A DNA stretch of 64,000 bases from the human T2T-CHM13v2.0 reference genome, Homo sapiens: assembly GCF_009914755.1 (NCBI RefSeq), contig NC_060926.1, one strand, 5' to 3'. The position numbers were made by a program, and so were the translations under genes. Shown one piece after another: positions 25,178-39,279 of the stretch. A model generated the notes under the pieces. It saw only the letters and a program-made list of their open reading frames with translations. It made no database searches and had not been told where the DNA came from. Position 1 is the stretch's first letter. Each line of letters opens with the position of its first letter.

Positions 25178-25465
25178 TTTTTTTTTTTTTTGAGACAGGG
25201 TCTCGCTGTGTTGCCCAGCCTGGAGTGCAGTAGTGCAATCACAGCTCTCTGCAGCTTTGACCTCCCAGGCTTGAGCAATTTTCCCACCTTAGCCTCCCAA
25301 GTAGCTGGGGCTGCAGATGTGTGATATCATGCCCAGATAATTTTTCATTTTTTTATAGAGATAGGGTCTTACTATGTTTCCCAGGCTGGTCTCGAACTCT
25401 GGGCTCAAGCAATCCTCCTATCTTCCAAAGTGTTAGATTACTGGCGTGGGCCACTGCACCTGGCT
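25178..25465 (-). mobile_element. AluJ
   Basis: ttttgagacagggtctcgctgtgttgcccag...gggctcaagcaatcctcc. Confidence 0.92.
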
Positions 25466-25739
25466 GGGAGCTACTTTTGGTTGAAAATTGATTAAATAAA
25501 AAAGAATGAGAAATGAGGTTTTGTGTTTTAGTTTTAATCATTTTCACCTTGGAACAAGAAGGTGCGATTTGGCCAGCAACTCAAAGCTGCTGTAATTCCC
25601 ACTAATTATGTGGGTTAGCCCTCACCATTCTGCTTTCTCTCTCTCTCTCTCCCATTGTTGGAGCATTAACATCTTAGCCCCACTGGTGCCTTTAATACTG
25701 TTTGGAATTATTTTATTCATATCTTGGGGATCCCTATAC

Positions 25740-25892
25740 AGTGGCATCTAAGCTTAGCTACCCACAGAGATCCCCTGGGGAACCTGTTAGTCATGACCTC
25801 CCAGGTTCATCCTCGACCTACTGAATCAGAGTTTCTGGGGATGGAACTGGGGAGTCTCTCTGTTTCAGTTGGTGATTCTTGGTGCAGTCAGC
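25740..25892. mobile_element. MER5A-like fragment
   Basis: gacctactgaatcagagtttctggggatgg...ggtgattcttggtgcag. Confidence 0.6.
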
Positions 25893-25896
25893 CTTC

Positions 25897-26025
25897 CTTC
25901 ACTCTTTTCTCTCATTGATTTGTCCCATTTCATTGATTTGTGCCATTTGCTAGAAGAATCACTTTGTTTTTAACTGTTTGTTCTGGTATTTACCTCCTCA
26001 TGTGAAGAATATTTCCTTTTGTTAC
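25897..26025 (+). repeat. Copy 1 of a local dispersed duplication
   Basis: Core 25913-26006 equals 27276-27369 with 1 mismatch. Confidence 0.95.
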
Positions 26026-26807
26026 ATTAGAAACATTCTCTAGATAGTCATTGTCTTTCTTTGAATTTCACAGGAAAGGGCTCCCTGGTCACAAAGCAAA
26101 CCCCTCCACTTTTGCTTTTCAATCAGTCCATTTCCATCTTTAGTTTTCCTTTTCACCACCATTTAACTTTTTAAAAAAATTGCATCTTGCCCCTTTGCCT
26201 TTTAACAAACGTAGATCTCCCCATCTAGAAAATTCATTCCTCCGTATTGCCACTACCACTGAATTTCTCATTCTTTCCCCACCAAACTTCCAGAAAGAAT
26301 GATTTATTTCTTCCATTCCACTAAAATTTATGGTTCTTGTTCTTACCACTCTAAGCCTGCTCCCATTGCTAATTTCCCCCTGTAATTATGAAATCAATTT
26401 CTCCCTATAGCAGTTATATTGGCATTTCAAAGCAGGAAATAAAAAGTATGACGAGAACTATGAAAGGAAAAGGTTTTTATTGATCTTTTTTAGAAATGAA
26501 ATTTGAAATACACAAGGGACGCATGAATTTTATCTTTCATGAACATTTGATGAGTAAGTGTGGGTGCCCCAGTAAAGATTCTGGCTTCCTGCAAAGGATA
26601 AGGTCAGAAGTACTGTCCTGATTTATCCTTGATGTGTTCATCACAGGTTCTCTTGTCTAATGGCCCATAACTAAGTGAGGCTTTGATTATGGTATCTAAT
26701 GATGAATAATCAAAGTTTATTGCAAGATGTTTTAACCAGACTTCTCCTGATTTGGAAATTTTTTCCTGTTATTACAATGCAGTAATCCCCTTATAATAGA
26801 ATATCAA

Positions 26808-27098
26808 GCCAGGTGTAGTGGCTAACACCTGCAATCCCATTACTTTGGGAGGCCCAGCTGGGAGGATTGCTTGAGCCTGGGAGTTTGAGAACAGCCTGGG
26901 CAGTATAGTGAGACCTTGTCTGTACAAAAAAACAAAAAATTAGCCAAGTGCAGTGGCATGCGTGGGATTGTCGGGGGTGGGGGAGCCTGGAATCACTTGC
27001 GCCCAGGAGGTGGAGGTTGCAGTGAGCCAGATTGTGCCACTGCGCTCTAGTCTGAGTGACAGAGTGAGACCCTCTCTCAAAAAAAAAAAAAAAAAAAA
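26808..27098 (+). mobile_element. AluJ with altered right-arm start
   Basis: gccaggtgtagtggctaacacctgcaatccc...gaccctctctcaaaaaa. Confidence 0.9.
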
Positions 27099-27259
27099 TC
27101 AGAATTCCCACATTCTCTGCAGTTGTCTGTAATTTATAAACTATTTTTATTTTTCATTATTTCTTGATTATTTAAATTTTAAAAATTATGGTGAAAGTAT
27201 TACATGAAAATAATTATTAAATACTTCTATAAGACACACACACACACACATACATATTT

Positions 27260-27388
27260 CTTCACTCTCTTCTCCCATTGATTTGTCCCATTTCATTGAT
27301 TTGTGCCATTTGCTAGAAGAATCACTTCGTTTTTAACTGTTTGTTCTGGTATTTACCTCCTCATGTGAAAATAATATTCCTCTTGTTA
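27260..27388 (+). repeat. Copy 2 of a local dispersed duplication
   Basis: Matches 25897-26025 at offset 1363 bp. Confidence 0.95.
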
Positions 27389-28368
27389 AATCAATTTACT
27401 TTCTATAGGATATGTTAGGATTTTTACTCATTTAAACCTTATACTTCCTATACCTTTCCTCACTTCTTCCATATATAATTGATTATGTCTAAATTTTTGG
27501 TTACATCTTTTTTTTTTTTTTTTTTTTGTTACTTTGTTGTGACTACATAAGTGCTTTCCAGTGTTGAGTGATCTGCACTGGAATGTGTGGCTGCCTTTTG
27601 TATTTACTTTTGTTGTCAGTTTTACCTAGAGTTAGTAATTGCCTCATTTTTTCCTTTGTTTAATTTTCTTTGAATGTCTAAGTCTTCTAATATCCCCAAA
27701 CAGTTCTGTAAAATATCTCTCATTACAGTGTTCTGTGTGGTCAAACAGTCAGATAATTTACCAGCTCCTTTTTCATTCCTCCTCCTTGGAGCCCTTTGCT
27801 TCCTGCCCCAGCATGCACTGTGCTCTCTGGGCATAAGGCACAGCTGTCACTCTGGGAATGTCCATTGCCTCTCTTCTCTGTTTCCTAAATCCATTTTCTC
27901 TTCTTGGTTTATTCCTTTGTTTTGGAGGAGTATATCCTTTAGTGACTTCTTGAGAAAGGTTACTTGTAAAATGAATTCTTTAGAGTTTGCGTATCTGGGT
28001 AGATAGCTTGCATAGACTAGTTCAGTGCAGGAGGATCAAACAAGTTAGCCGGATTTTTCACTGAGGCCCTCTCAACATATCATTCTGCATAAGTCTTTTT
28101 TCTTTTTTCTGAAGAGACAATTTTGTCTCTTCAGAGAAGAATTCTCAGTTTCCTGTCAGGGGAATGCAACCTGAATGCTGATTCCGGGGTTGAAGGAACT
28201 TAGTGATCAATATACAGATTTTCACACAGTGTCTCTATTTTCAGCAGTGGATCTTTTGCTTGCCCTCCTTTTTGACTGCTGTGCCTGAGTCTCAAGCTCC
28301 TATGGCTCACATTCTCTGGAGAATAAACCCCAGATTTCTAGTGGGTGGTAGAGGTTACAACTTGGGAG

Positions 28369-28575
28369 CAGTGGTGTGCTGGTAAATGTTTAACAACTAG
28401 CTCTCTGAAACAAAACAAAGCAAAACTCTGATTTGTAGCATGTGCAGTTTGTGTTGTGTAAATACTTTCACTAGCATTGATTTCAAGCTAAGAATGTGAG
28501 GTCACTGCAAAGTTGGAAAGAAACGTTAACAATAACTCTTGCAAGCCGGTATAAGCCAGCTGCAGCCCACCAATG
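28369..28575. mobile_element. MER63-like hAT element
   Basis: TIR-like ends cagtggtgtgctgg ... cagcccaccaatg. Confidence 0.75.
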
Positions 28576-29424
28576 ATGGAAAGTCTAAATACCCATTCAT
28601 TTTAGCAACTTCCCTTACCTTTAGCTTCTAAAGTATCCAGTATCTCAATTTCTTAAACATTTCCAGGGACAAATCAGCTTGCTTCTTGTAGTCACTGGCT
28701 TGACTTTTCTTCTCTCTGCTGTTTCCTCCAACTACTTTCATCTTCAGATGTTAGACTGCAGTCACTTCTTTATTTCATTGAAACTGGAGTTTGTGTTTTT
28801 GTTTCCTATCATCTTTGTGGTTATGGAATTTTGAAAGAAGTAACAAGAGCAAAAGTATCTTTCTTTTGCCATCATGAAACTGAAAGTTTTACTCATTTTT
28901 CTAAATAAAAACTATAGAGTTGTACAATGACATTCCTTATTGTTCAGAGTGTTTTAATATCTTATCTAAATGTTTAAAATCTAATTTATAGCATAAGATC
29001 CTGGGAAGTACTTTTTGACCTTGCTATATAGACCAAATTAGTCACGGCAGCTTTGTAATATACACATTTCAGATCAGAGGATGCTTGGGAATTACAGCAG
29101 TTCATGGCAGGATTTTGAACTTAAAAGATGCGGGGAGAATGTGGGTTGGTCTAGAGAGATATCAGTTTTTGAGTTACCTGTGTTGGACCCTCATAGGTTC
29201 TTTATTAGATATTCTAGCCAAATGCATTGAGCTCTAAGATACGTATGCTTTTTAGGGGAGGTAGGTGAGGGTGGGGATGAGGGCATGTTTATTCAGTTTT
29301 CAGATTAGAAACACAGAATTAGAAATGCAGAATGTCCCAGTAAAATGTATACACCCCTTAGATGTTAATAGCACAAACAACCAATTGCTTTTTCTATTTC
29401 ACGGTCAACAGTGTTCTTAAAGAC

Positions 29425-29685
29425 AGGATAACATAGTGGTGAAGGCATGGGATGCTCTTGAGTGCCGTGGTCCCAGATTGCTGCTCTGTCAATTGCTGAT
29501 TGTGGGAACTTGAGCAAGTTTCTTCAACTCGTGGTGCCTCAGTAGTCTCATCTTTAAAATTAAGATAGAAATAGAAATTCCTCATCAGTTTGTTTTGAGG
29601 ATTAAATGAGTTAATATGTTTAAAGCTCTTATACTTTGTGAAGCATAATAAGTGCTAGATAAACAGTAGTTATTATTATTGTTTC
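29425..29685 (+). mobile_element. MIR
   Basis: ttgagcaagtttcttcaactc..tgcctcagtagtctcatct..gaggattaaatgagttaata. Confidence 0.85.
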
Positions 29686-29979
29686 TGTTGTTATAGAACA
29701 AGTGATGACCAAATTGGCATTGGTTAACACCTGTCCAGTTATTAAAATTTATATTAATACACTTTAATATTACATTAAAGTAATATATGTATATGTACAC
29801 ACATTTTTATTAGAATATGTTGTTGAGTGTGATTCATAACTATTTTGTACCTTTGTCACTCCTCTGATAATTTAACAAATATAAATTTAATGTCAACCAT
29901 GTACAATTTGACTATGCTAAATGCTGAGGTTACTGAGTTTTAAAATGAAACTAGAACATTTCTTCAACGTTAACACTAA

Positions 29980-30420
29980 AAAAGACCTCCAGATAGATAA
30001 GATTTAAACCTTTAACAAAAAAAGGAGAGCCATAGAAGTATTGGTGGGATATACGATTGAATGGTTTTATATATTTGGAGTAGAAGAGGCTTTTCTATTT
30101 ATTTATATGAAAAATCAGAAACCCTAAAGTAGAAGATTGACATATTTGACTAAATAAAATTTCAACTTTTGCCTGAGGGGAGTCTCCAAAACAAAGTCGA
30201 GAGGGGAACAGAAACTGGGAAAAATAATGACAGTACATACGATAGACAAGAGTAAGTTTAATTACCAATCAGTTGGAAAATGGCAAACAGTCTAAAAGAA
30301 AACTACAAGAACAGGCTGTTTACAGAAAAAGAAGTGAAAAATGGCAAGCAAAGATAAGCAAAAGTCCTCATTATATTTTAAAGAAATTAAAAACAATTTT
30401 TTTTATTTATTGGAAATGAG
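29980..30420 (+). mobile_element. Old L1ME ORF2 fragment
   Basis: aagattgacatatttgactaaataaaatttcaactttt, acaggctgtttacagaaaaagaagtgaaaatggc. Confidence 0.6.
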
Positions 30421-30904
30421 GGTGCTAGTGGAAGTTAGAAAGATATATGAACAGATAACTAACATTTCCAGAGTTCTGGAATCAAGGGAGAATATACTCT
30501 GGGGGCAGGATTGTCTTGACCTTTGCCCTGAGTACCTGGCCTCCTCTCTACTTTCAAGATACTCTGTTGAGTAGAACGCTCCTGCAGGCTCCTTTCCTTG
30601 GAAAAATGCCTTGGCAGATTACCTGTGATTTAATGAGGCCTTCCAGCTGTGCATTAGTCACAGCTAGCAATTACTTCACATTCATATGAGCCAAGCATGT
30701 TCAACATTTAAAAAGCCTCTCTTCTGAAAGAGCCTGAATTGGCTGGTGTGTGGCCGTTTGGTTGGGTTTTGAGATTGCTTTCTGAGACCTTCTACTGCAG
30801 ATCCCTGTGTACATCTTCCTCAGGGGCCCCCACTCTAGAGGAGAACAAAATAAAGCAAATCCTTAGGGCTTCTGGAGGAGAAGGGACTAGATGGGTTTGC
30901 TTAT

Positions 30905-31114
30905 GGGTTCATTTACCCAGTAAATATTTATTGAGTGCTTACTGTGTATCAGATAGTATTCTGATCATTGGGCAAATAGGGGTGAACATACGTTTTCATG
31001 GAGCTTATCTTTTAGGGGAGTGAGGACAGATAATTTAAAAAATTAAGAATTTCAGATGACTGCTATGAAAAAGATGAAATCAGGTAATAAAGAGTAAAGG
31101 GTAGAGGTGCTTAG

Positions 31115-31155
<41 letters not shown>

Positions 31156-32230
31156 CACATTATGTATGAGCAAAATAGTGCTTCTCAAACTTTAGTGTAC
31201 ATCAGAGTTACTAGCAGGACTTATTAAAACACAGATTGTTTGGCCCTGTCCCCAGAGTTTCTAATTCAGTAGGGGCCTGGTGTGGGGCGTGGGAAACAAA
31301 TTTTCAGGTGCCGCTGCTGCTGCTCTGGAGACACTTTGAGAACCATTGGAGCTGGGCAGAGGGTGATCCTGGAAAGCCTCTGCAAAGAGGTGATATTTGG
31401 TTAGAGACCTTAATGACGAGAAGCAACCATTCATGTGAAGATGAGCAGTGGTGGGGAATGTAGGCTGGGAATGTGCAAAGTAGAGAAGCTGTTTGTGGTT
31501 TGAAGAAAGCAAAAAGGCTCTGAGGCTGCAATGTAATGAATGGAGACAGTGGCAGCAGATAAAAGCAGAGAGGAAGATAGTCTGAAGATCTGCCATGCAG
31601 AGTGATTATCCTCTGCTCTGAGTGCACACTTAACAAAAACCTCCAACCATACTGGAGCCCACCCCAAGAGAGAGACTCAGATTTCATTAATCTGGGTGGC
31701 ACTTAAGTATTTTTCAAAACTCCTGAGATGATTCTACTAAGCAGCAAAGGCTGAGAATGATGGATAGGGGTCCTTTGCAGCCATGGGAAGTTAAGATTTT
31801 ATTTCAAGTGTCATGAAAACCATTGGGGAGTTTTAAGCAGTAGAGGACATAATTAGGGGGTAGTTTCTGGCTGCTGGTTGTAGAATGGATTTTGTAAGAG
31901 ATTAAGAATGAGTGAGGAGAACAGTCAGAAAATGTCATAATTGTCCAGGTTAAAAGTGATGTTGGCTTATTTTATGTGATAGTGATGGGGATGATGAGAA
32001 ATGAGAAACAGGATGGTAGATGGGATTTTGGGGGTAGAGCAGAAAGGATTTGCTGATGGATGGGAGGATATGAGCAGTGAGAGAGTGAGTGAATTCAAAG
32101 ATGGCTCCAAGGTAACCTTTTAACTGGTGAAAGGTGACACTGTTAACTAAGAACGCTGGAGTAGAAACAGGTTTATGGAGAAATGACAAAATTTTGTTTT
32201 GGATTTATTAACTCCAAGATGCCTTTTTGG
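30905..32230 (-). mobile_element. L2 fragments interrupted by MER5A (~31157-31350) and MER5B-like (~31610-31760)
   Basis: aatatttattgagtgcttactgtgt; agtgcttctcaaactttagtgtacatcag; ggatttgctgatggatggg. Confidence 0.75.
31119..31156. repeat. (TA)n microsatellite
   Basis: Directly visible. Confidence 0.95.
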
Positions 32231-35119
32231 AACAGTTAAGAACCAGGTTGTTTTTAGAGAAAGGGAGTGGGACTGAGGGTAGACAGTTGCCTTACTCCTT
32301 TGACAGGCTTGTGATAGCTAGCTGGGATAGGATTATTTTTTATGTGGACTTTATATGCATTTTGAAATATGTAAACTTTCCTGTAATGTGTGGCTTAATT
32401 TTTTTTTTTTGTTTTCACTCACTACCACCCATGGCAAATATTTGGCTTTCTAAAGGGGTAAATAGAATCAGAGTAGGAACTTTCTAGAGGTTTAAACCTG
32501 TGAGCATAGTGGAACATGGTAGGCACTCAGTGTATAGTTGTTGAATGAATGAATGCATGAACTCACTTTTATATATCAATCCCATTTAGCATTTTGATGA
32601 AAGATGTGGGTTCAGATCATATTGTATAGGGAACATCAAATATCCAGTGGTTAAAGATTATGTCTCAATTATTACCATAAAGTAACTGTAGAATGAATCC
32701 ACTGAATCAAAAGGGGCAGAGGGTTTTGGTATAAACGGTGTTGTGTTCCTTGGGTTATCCTTGGTAAAGGGGCAGTAAATAGGATCTAAGACCCCTGTGG
32801 GTTTCTAGTCCCATGTCTCTGATCATATGTTTGCCCTTTGTCATGAGCCAGTATAATCTGTGTGATTTCAGCAAAATCAGCCCAAGTTTGGGATCTGCCT
32901 TCACAGAAAGTCCTCCTGCTTCTCTGCATGCCAGAGCCTGCCAGGGGGAATGTTCAGAGATCAGAGGCAAGAACTCCCATAAGCCAGCTTGGTGCTGTGT
33001 ATGATAATCTAGTTGGGATCATACCTGATTATCTGAGATTTCACAGATGATGAACATCTGTCTATGAGTGCCTTTTCTGATAAACCAGAAGTCAGAATTT
33101 GTTTTTGGAGAATTTGTTAAGGAGAATCAATTCTACAACTAGGGAGATCAGAGAGGCTGCTGAGAACTGTTCCCAGACTGTATTCAGATGCCCAGATTTG
33201 TGAATGAGCAGGTGGAATCTCTCCCTAGTCCAGGATGCTGTATCTGAAGGTTATGAAATGGACATCTGCACTCATTTGTCCTTATCAACCCCATCCAGGG
33301 ACAAGTGATTCCACTTCAATCTTGTGTAATGGGGTAAAAAGTTAAACTCATGATCTTAACAGCTGTCACTCAAGTTCTTCTCAAGGAGGAAAAAACCCTA
33401 TTTGTGAAAATACCTTGATAATTCACTTAGGGATACAAAAGGAAACCAGAGAACAAATCAGAAGCTAGACTCAGGGTAGCAGAGGAGAATGGCTAGGTTG
33501 ATACCCTTACATAACAAGGGGAATTCATTGTTCTCTTTCTAAGGAGGTAAACAGAGGGAAGGGGGAGGAGAGAGAAACTTCAGGGTGAAGGGACCTGAGG
33601 AAATAACATAGTGGTAGGATGGCTGAAAACTAATTTAAGAAGGGAGATGTTCAATGTTCAGTTGGAAATTGTTTACTTTGCTGAAATGTAAACTCCCTTA
33701 TGCTTCCCTTTAAATAATTTATAAAGTCTCTTATATTAATGGATGCATTGTGTGCGTGGGATTTATGAGTGGGGAACTCAAGAAAGTCTGAGCTTCATAT
33801 CCAGTGTAATGGTGGAGAATAGAGAGGGCTATTGGAAGTGGGAGTTGAGATGACTTTGAGAATGCAAGTTCTGCCTCCACCTCCACCATTGCATGTACCT
33901 AGGGAATCCTCAGAAACTTGGGGCAGAGCTTTGGCAGAAGACTCCAAATCCAGGTCACATTTGCATTATAACATTTTGGATAGCAAAGACAATTTCTCTT
34001 GACAAAATTTAGGGTTCTCTCTCTGTTAAAGTGATTTGGCTCATCTTCAGCTTTGCTGGATGTTTCATTAAACCCGTGCTTCTGACTCAGGGGCCTCTCC
34101 ACTGGCTGCTTCCAACTAGTAGAGTGTCCTTTGTTTGACTTTTCTCTGTTTTGGATCTTGTTCTCCTTCTCTTGCCCCTCTCAGCTTTGTGGGAGACCAG
34201 TTCTTCAGTTCCACAGCTGGGGGTCTCTCGTACCCCGTCCAGCACCTGAATTCAGCCAGACCTCTAATAACCAGGGAAGGGAGATCAGACATGACTAATA
34301 TTCAGGGAAATTGTTTTCCTGAGCATAAGCATGGGTGGGGCATTTGTTTTTCAAAGACCATATATTGCATGATCAGATAGATTTAAACCAGAAAGGAATA
34401 TGGTATATCAGGTAACTTTAAAAGGTCACCGAAGAGAGGAAGAAGCAATAGAAGATTCACTAGTAGCCGTATTGTAACTCCTAGAACCAGTGCCTTGAAA
34501 GTACTCTACATGACGAAAACGTCACAGTCAGCACACATGTTTTTGGAGGAAATATTTACAATTGCTAATATAATAGAATTAAAAAATATATTTTAATATT
34601 TTTACTGAGTCTATTTTGCTACTTCAGATTTTACTAAATCTAAGTAGGCAGAATTGTAAGATAGGAATGTGGTTTATATGTGGATATTAACCTTTTGACT
34701 TCACTAGAGCAGTTGCCTAATATTCTCCTATAATGAAGTTGTTTCCAGTAATAAAATTGCATTGCAAAAACTGCTTAGGTTATCTGAGGCCAGAATTAGA
34801 CACCTAGAATAGCAGGAAAATAATTCTCGCCTGAGGGCTGCTTTAGACAGGAGAAGCATGGTTGTGAAATATTGTATTGTGTTCCCTTCTGTAGAAGTTG
34901 CTACTTAGGAGGCTGTTTGTGTTCTAGCTAAGAGTCTGGAGATGGGAATGATGGAACTAGTGGGCTAAGAAGGTCAGGGATACAATAGGTTACATGACTG
35001 GAATGGCTATAGAACTTATGGTCCATGATTAAGTTTGGTGGAGGTATAATTACAAAATGAACAAACATACATGTTTTCATGCCATACTTATCTCTGAAAT
35101 AAAATTGCATGTAAGTACC

Positions 35120-35615
35120 TATAATGGTCTGCTATTGTCTGTGCAGCCCTTCCTCCAGCCTTTCTTCTGGCAACAGCACTCTCTTCCCTTTGGGAATGAC
35201 TCGAGTGTCCAGTGGATACTGCCTTGTGCTTCACATGACCCTGCTCTTTCCCTGCTTCCATTTGCTGTCTTACCAGGGCCACAGTGGACTGTGCAGGTTG
35301 GGTACCTGAATTAAGCTGGCTCTTCCCCTGAAATTTTCAAGCGTATTAGAAAAGAGTCAGTTCCTTTGGCTGTGGAATTTATAAGAGGTGAAACCCAGGA
35401 GCTTCTGACAGCCAGGTTTGCTGCCAGAGGAGGAAGCCGGTCTGCAGTGAGAAGGTCAGACTGTGGAGAGAAGCATACCTCCTGTAGTTTGAGTGTTCAA
35501 TCCCTTAATAACACAGGCTATTTTAGCATTCTTCTAATATATTTTAATTTTGCTTTAAAGTAATCTAATCTGGATTTCTGTCACTTTACAACAACAGAAA
35601 TTCCAGCGAACACAT
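35120..35615 (+). mobile_element. Old ERVL LTR (LTR16/LTR33-like)
   Basis: 3' end ggatttctgtcactttacaacaacagaaattccagcgaacaca resembles these families. Confidence 0.45.
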
Positions 35616-36530
35616 AGGCACTGTCCATAGGAAGGACGTTTTATTAAAGACTAGAAGACTGTTGTCATCAAAATAATTCTGAGGTTTAAAACACTCTGAA
35701 CTGGTTGCTTGTGGGACGTGACTGAGGAACATGAACTTGTGTTGGTAGAAATCCCATTGATTGATTGAGTGATTTATTGTCTTCTGATAAATATTTAATT
35801 GTTCACAAGGCCAGTCCAGAAACCTGAAGACTAATCTGTCTCTTTTGATTAGCAGGACAGTTGTCGAAACTCATTCTGTCTTTGTAATCAGCATTCGTGA
35901 TTAATTTACCAGGACTGATAGGATCCTGTCACTGTGACCCCTAACTGAGCAAACAAGTCCTTTCTCAAACCTGAATGAGAACAGCCTGGGTGTTTACACT
36001 CAAGACTATTTATTGGCAACATAATTTAGCAGTGAAAGTTTTCTTTACAATCCTTCTATCCCGTGATAGCCTCTTTTCTTCTCTGTGGGATTCCCTGGTG
36101 TTCAAGAAAGTGCTCTTTCAGGAAGTCAAGGGACATTCTCTAGACTTTTAACTTTATTTATGTCCTATCTTAAACCTTCCCAGCCCTAAGTTAGTACCCT
36201 GCTAGTGATTAGTTCAAGAATGTGATAACCTGCTCTGTGCTGAAGTGAAATTCATCAATAATGGCCTATTTTGTTGGTCTTTTCAGTTAGCACTTGGCTT
36301 TTAATTCACCAGATGAGTTAGTTGTGGATTGAAGGTGCATAGCAAGAAGGAAAATTTTTTTGTGGAAGCAGCACCCAGGTGCCAGCAGTAAACGTCATTA
36401 AATTTATTGATGCTGAAATTCTTTTATTGGAGAGCCTGTCCATAACCATTCTTGGTAAGCAGTATTTTATCTCAAGTCTATTTTCTTGTGGGGATCCTAC
36501 ATCATTGCACTTGTGTGGATGAATCATGCC

Positions 36531-36878
36531 TAATATGGTTGGCAAATCTCTTCTTGAGTTGTAGTTCCCATAATTCTCACATGTTGTGGGAGGGACCCAG
36601 TGAGAGATAACTGAATTATGTTGGCGGTTTCCCCCATACTGTTCTTGTGGTAGTGAATAAGTCTCATGAGATCTGATGGTTTTGTAAGGGGTTTCCCCTT
36701 TCACTTGGCTCTCATTCTCTCTTGCCTGCTGCCATGTAAGGTATGCCTTTCACCTTCCGCCATGATTGTGAGGCCTCCCCAGCCATGTGGAACTGTGAGT
36801 TCATTAAACCTATTTTCCTTTATAAGTTACCCAGTCTTGGGTATGTTTTTATCAGCAGCATGAAAACGGACTAATACC
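36531..36878 (+). mobile_element. THE1 solo LTR
   Basis: taatatggtt...catgagatctgatggtttt...gaaaacggactaatac; perfect 5-bp TSD atgcc. Confidence 0.93.
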
Positions 36879-36899
36879 ATGCCTTCATGCACTGTAAGA

Positions 36900-37110
36900 A
36901 TAGGCACTATTTGTAGAGAGCTGCCCTGTGCCAGATATAGCTGGTGCCTCCACACTGTATCTCATTGAATTCAATTTTGAGAACAATGTTATGAAGTAGG
37001 TATTGTTATCCTTAGAGATAACATACAGAGAAGTTAATCAGGTTGGCTGAGGTCATATGACTAATGCGGAGATGTAACTCGGGTTTGCTGACTCTGAAGC
37101 TTCTTTTGTC
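36900..37110 (-). mobile_element. MIR
   Basis: tgtgccagat..atctcattgaat..tatgaagtaggtattgttatcc. Confidence 0.65.
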
Positions 37111-39279
37111 TATATAATTTCCAAAGTTTGGTTTTCCGTACCATTCTAATAAACCCAGAAGACACTTACCAGTGCTGCTTCCTTCAAACTGGACTCCTTG
37201 CCTATATGAGTTACCTTCTTACCTGCCTTTAGTTGTGGTGTGGGCAGTGGGTGCTGTGTTAATCCCAAGGGAACAGAAAACCTCTGGAAGCCCCCCATGG
37301 ATCATGACTTAACCTAGCTGTGGAAGAGTCTTGATATCAACCAAGAATCACTAAATGATGATGCACAGGCTGAGTGCAAGTTGCTTGTCTGCCATTTTGC
37401 TCAGAGGTTAATTCCTCAGGGTAATTGGGAATTATTGCATGTTACCTTAGGGTGGTTGAGTTATTGATTGAGAACCTGTGATTCTGATTCCTAGAGGCAT
37501 ATTGGAGTTCAGGTCTGAAGGTTCTAAATGGACCACAATCATGCTCTTACTTATATATTAATATATCAGTAATGAACATCTCATCATTTACTCAATTTTA
37601 GAAGCATCTGGATTGAAAAATATATTGATATTCTCCTACCAAACTGAATTATATCTCAGACATCTAAGGATCAACATTTTTTCTATGTGTTTTTGTTATC
37701 TTTTCTAAGTGTTTTAAACAGTTCTTCGTGTATTCCAGAGTTTTTTTTTTTTTCTAAAATATTGCTCTATTTTTGCTAGCTTCCTGAGTAGACACCAATG
37801 CCACAGTAGAATAAATCTGCATGTATTTTTACTGGTCTACACCTTGGCAACAATACACATCTCCATGATGGGACAGAACTGAAATAATTTTGCCCTGTGT
37901 GTACATGGCTGTTTGTTTTTAAAAAATTTTCTGACTCAACTGTGACTGACTACATAATACTGGGACTGACATCCTATCATTTGGATACATGGATATTTAG
38001 AACTGAAAGCTCATGAGAGACAATATGGAGGGCAATAAACTGGCATGAAATGCCTTATGTTTTTCCATACCAGCTAAAGGCTCTTGATCCTCTTTTTCTC
38101 TTGGCCTTAGAATGAGGTGACTGAGTGAAGTGAAACGAAATGCAAGTTTCATTTCAACTTAAAAGCTGGAATTCTCAAATGCCAAATAATTGGAGATTTG
38201 CTTTCTGAGGTTTGATCACAAAACATTTTGTAAATAGCAGAAAACTGACCACACTTTATGTTGTTCACTGTGTTGGAATAGAATTTAAAGACAGGAAGGC
38301 CTGCAGAGAGCTTCAGGTTAGTTTCTCAGATGTCTTGCCTCCTGTTTCCTTCAAAATGATCAGGAGAGATTTTAATCTCTATGGTTTTTCAGCATCTGTG
38401 GTTTCTTTCATGAGCAAGCATCATAGTGGGTGTCAAGAATTATATGCTAATTTAGTATAATACGATGGCATCATGTAATGCGTGTGCACTTGAGAATAAT
38501 AGTTTTGGAGGCGCTTCTTTGCTGAAGTATGATTATATTCAGAAACGACTAGCTTTGTAAGTGATAGTAGCTACTGACTTCTATGAATTTCACACTTAAG
38601 TTCATTAATGACAGGGACTGTTTTTGGTATTCTGGGATATGCACTATTTCTAACCATCTTTGTTCTTTCTCTACATGGCAGTTAGGAAAGAACCTCTGAC
38701 AGAATCTAGGAACTAACAATCAGTGATAATTTTGATTTATTTTAATTTGGAGGCTAAAGTGTATTACAGGAAATTGTCTCTTCAAGAGGAAACATTTAAA
38801 AAGTATTTTAAGAATTTAAGAGGAAGCTATGTGGAGAATTATCATCCTGGAATTAGAAACAGTTTCTAATTCCAGAGGGCATGATATGTATTCATTTTCT
38901 AGGCGGTGTATATACCAGTTACTATCAGAATATGCTACATTTTAGGAACAGGTATCATTTCCATCAGTCTTTTCCTTCCCATTCCTATACGCTTTACCTT
39001 AGTTTAAGCATCTGTTACCACCACTCTTCTAGATAGTTGTAGGAGTCTCCTAGCTTTTCTCCTGGCTCTCAGTCTTTTCTTAATACAGCTTTGCAGACAC
39101 TCATCAGATAGATCAAACCCAGATGGGATCAGGTAAAAGCCTTTGGTGGCTTCCTAGTGCCTACCAAATAAAACCCAAACACTGCAGCTTTGCAGTGATG
39201 GTCCTTGACAGTCTGGTGTGAGTCCAGCCTTGTTCCTATAACTCTAGCCAGAACTCTGTGTCCTGGTTGATTCAACTAC

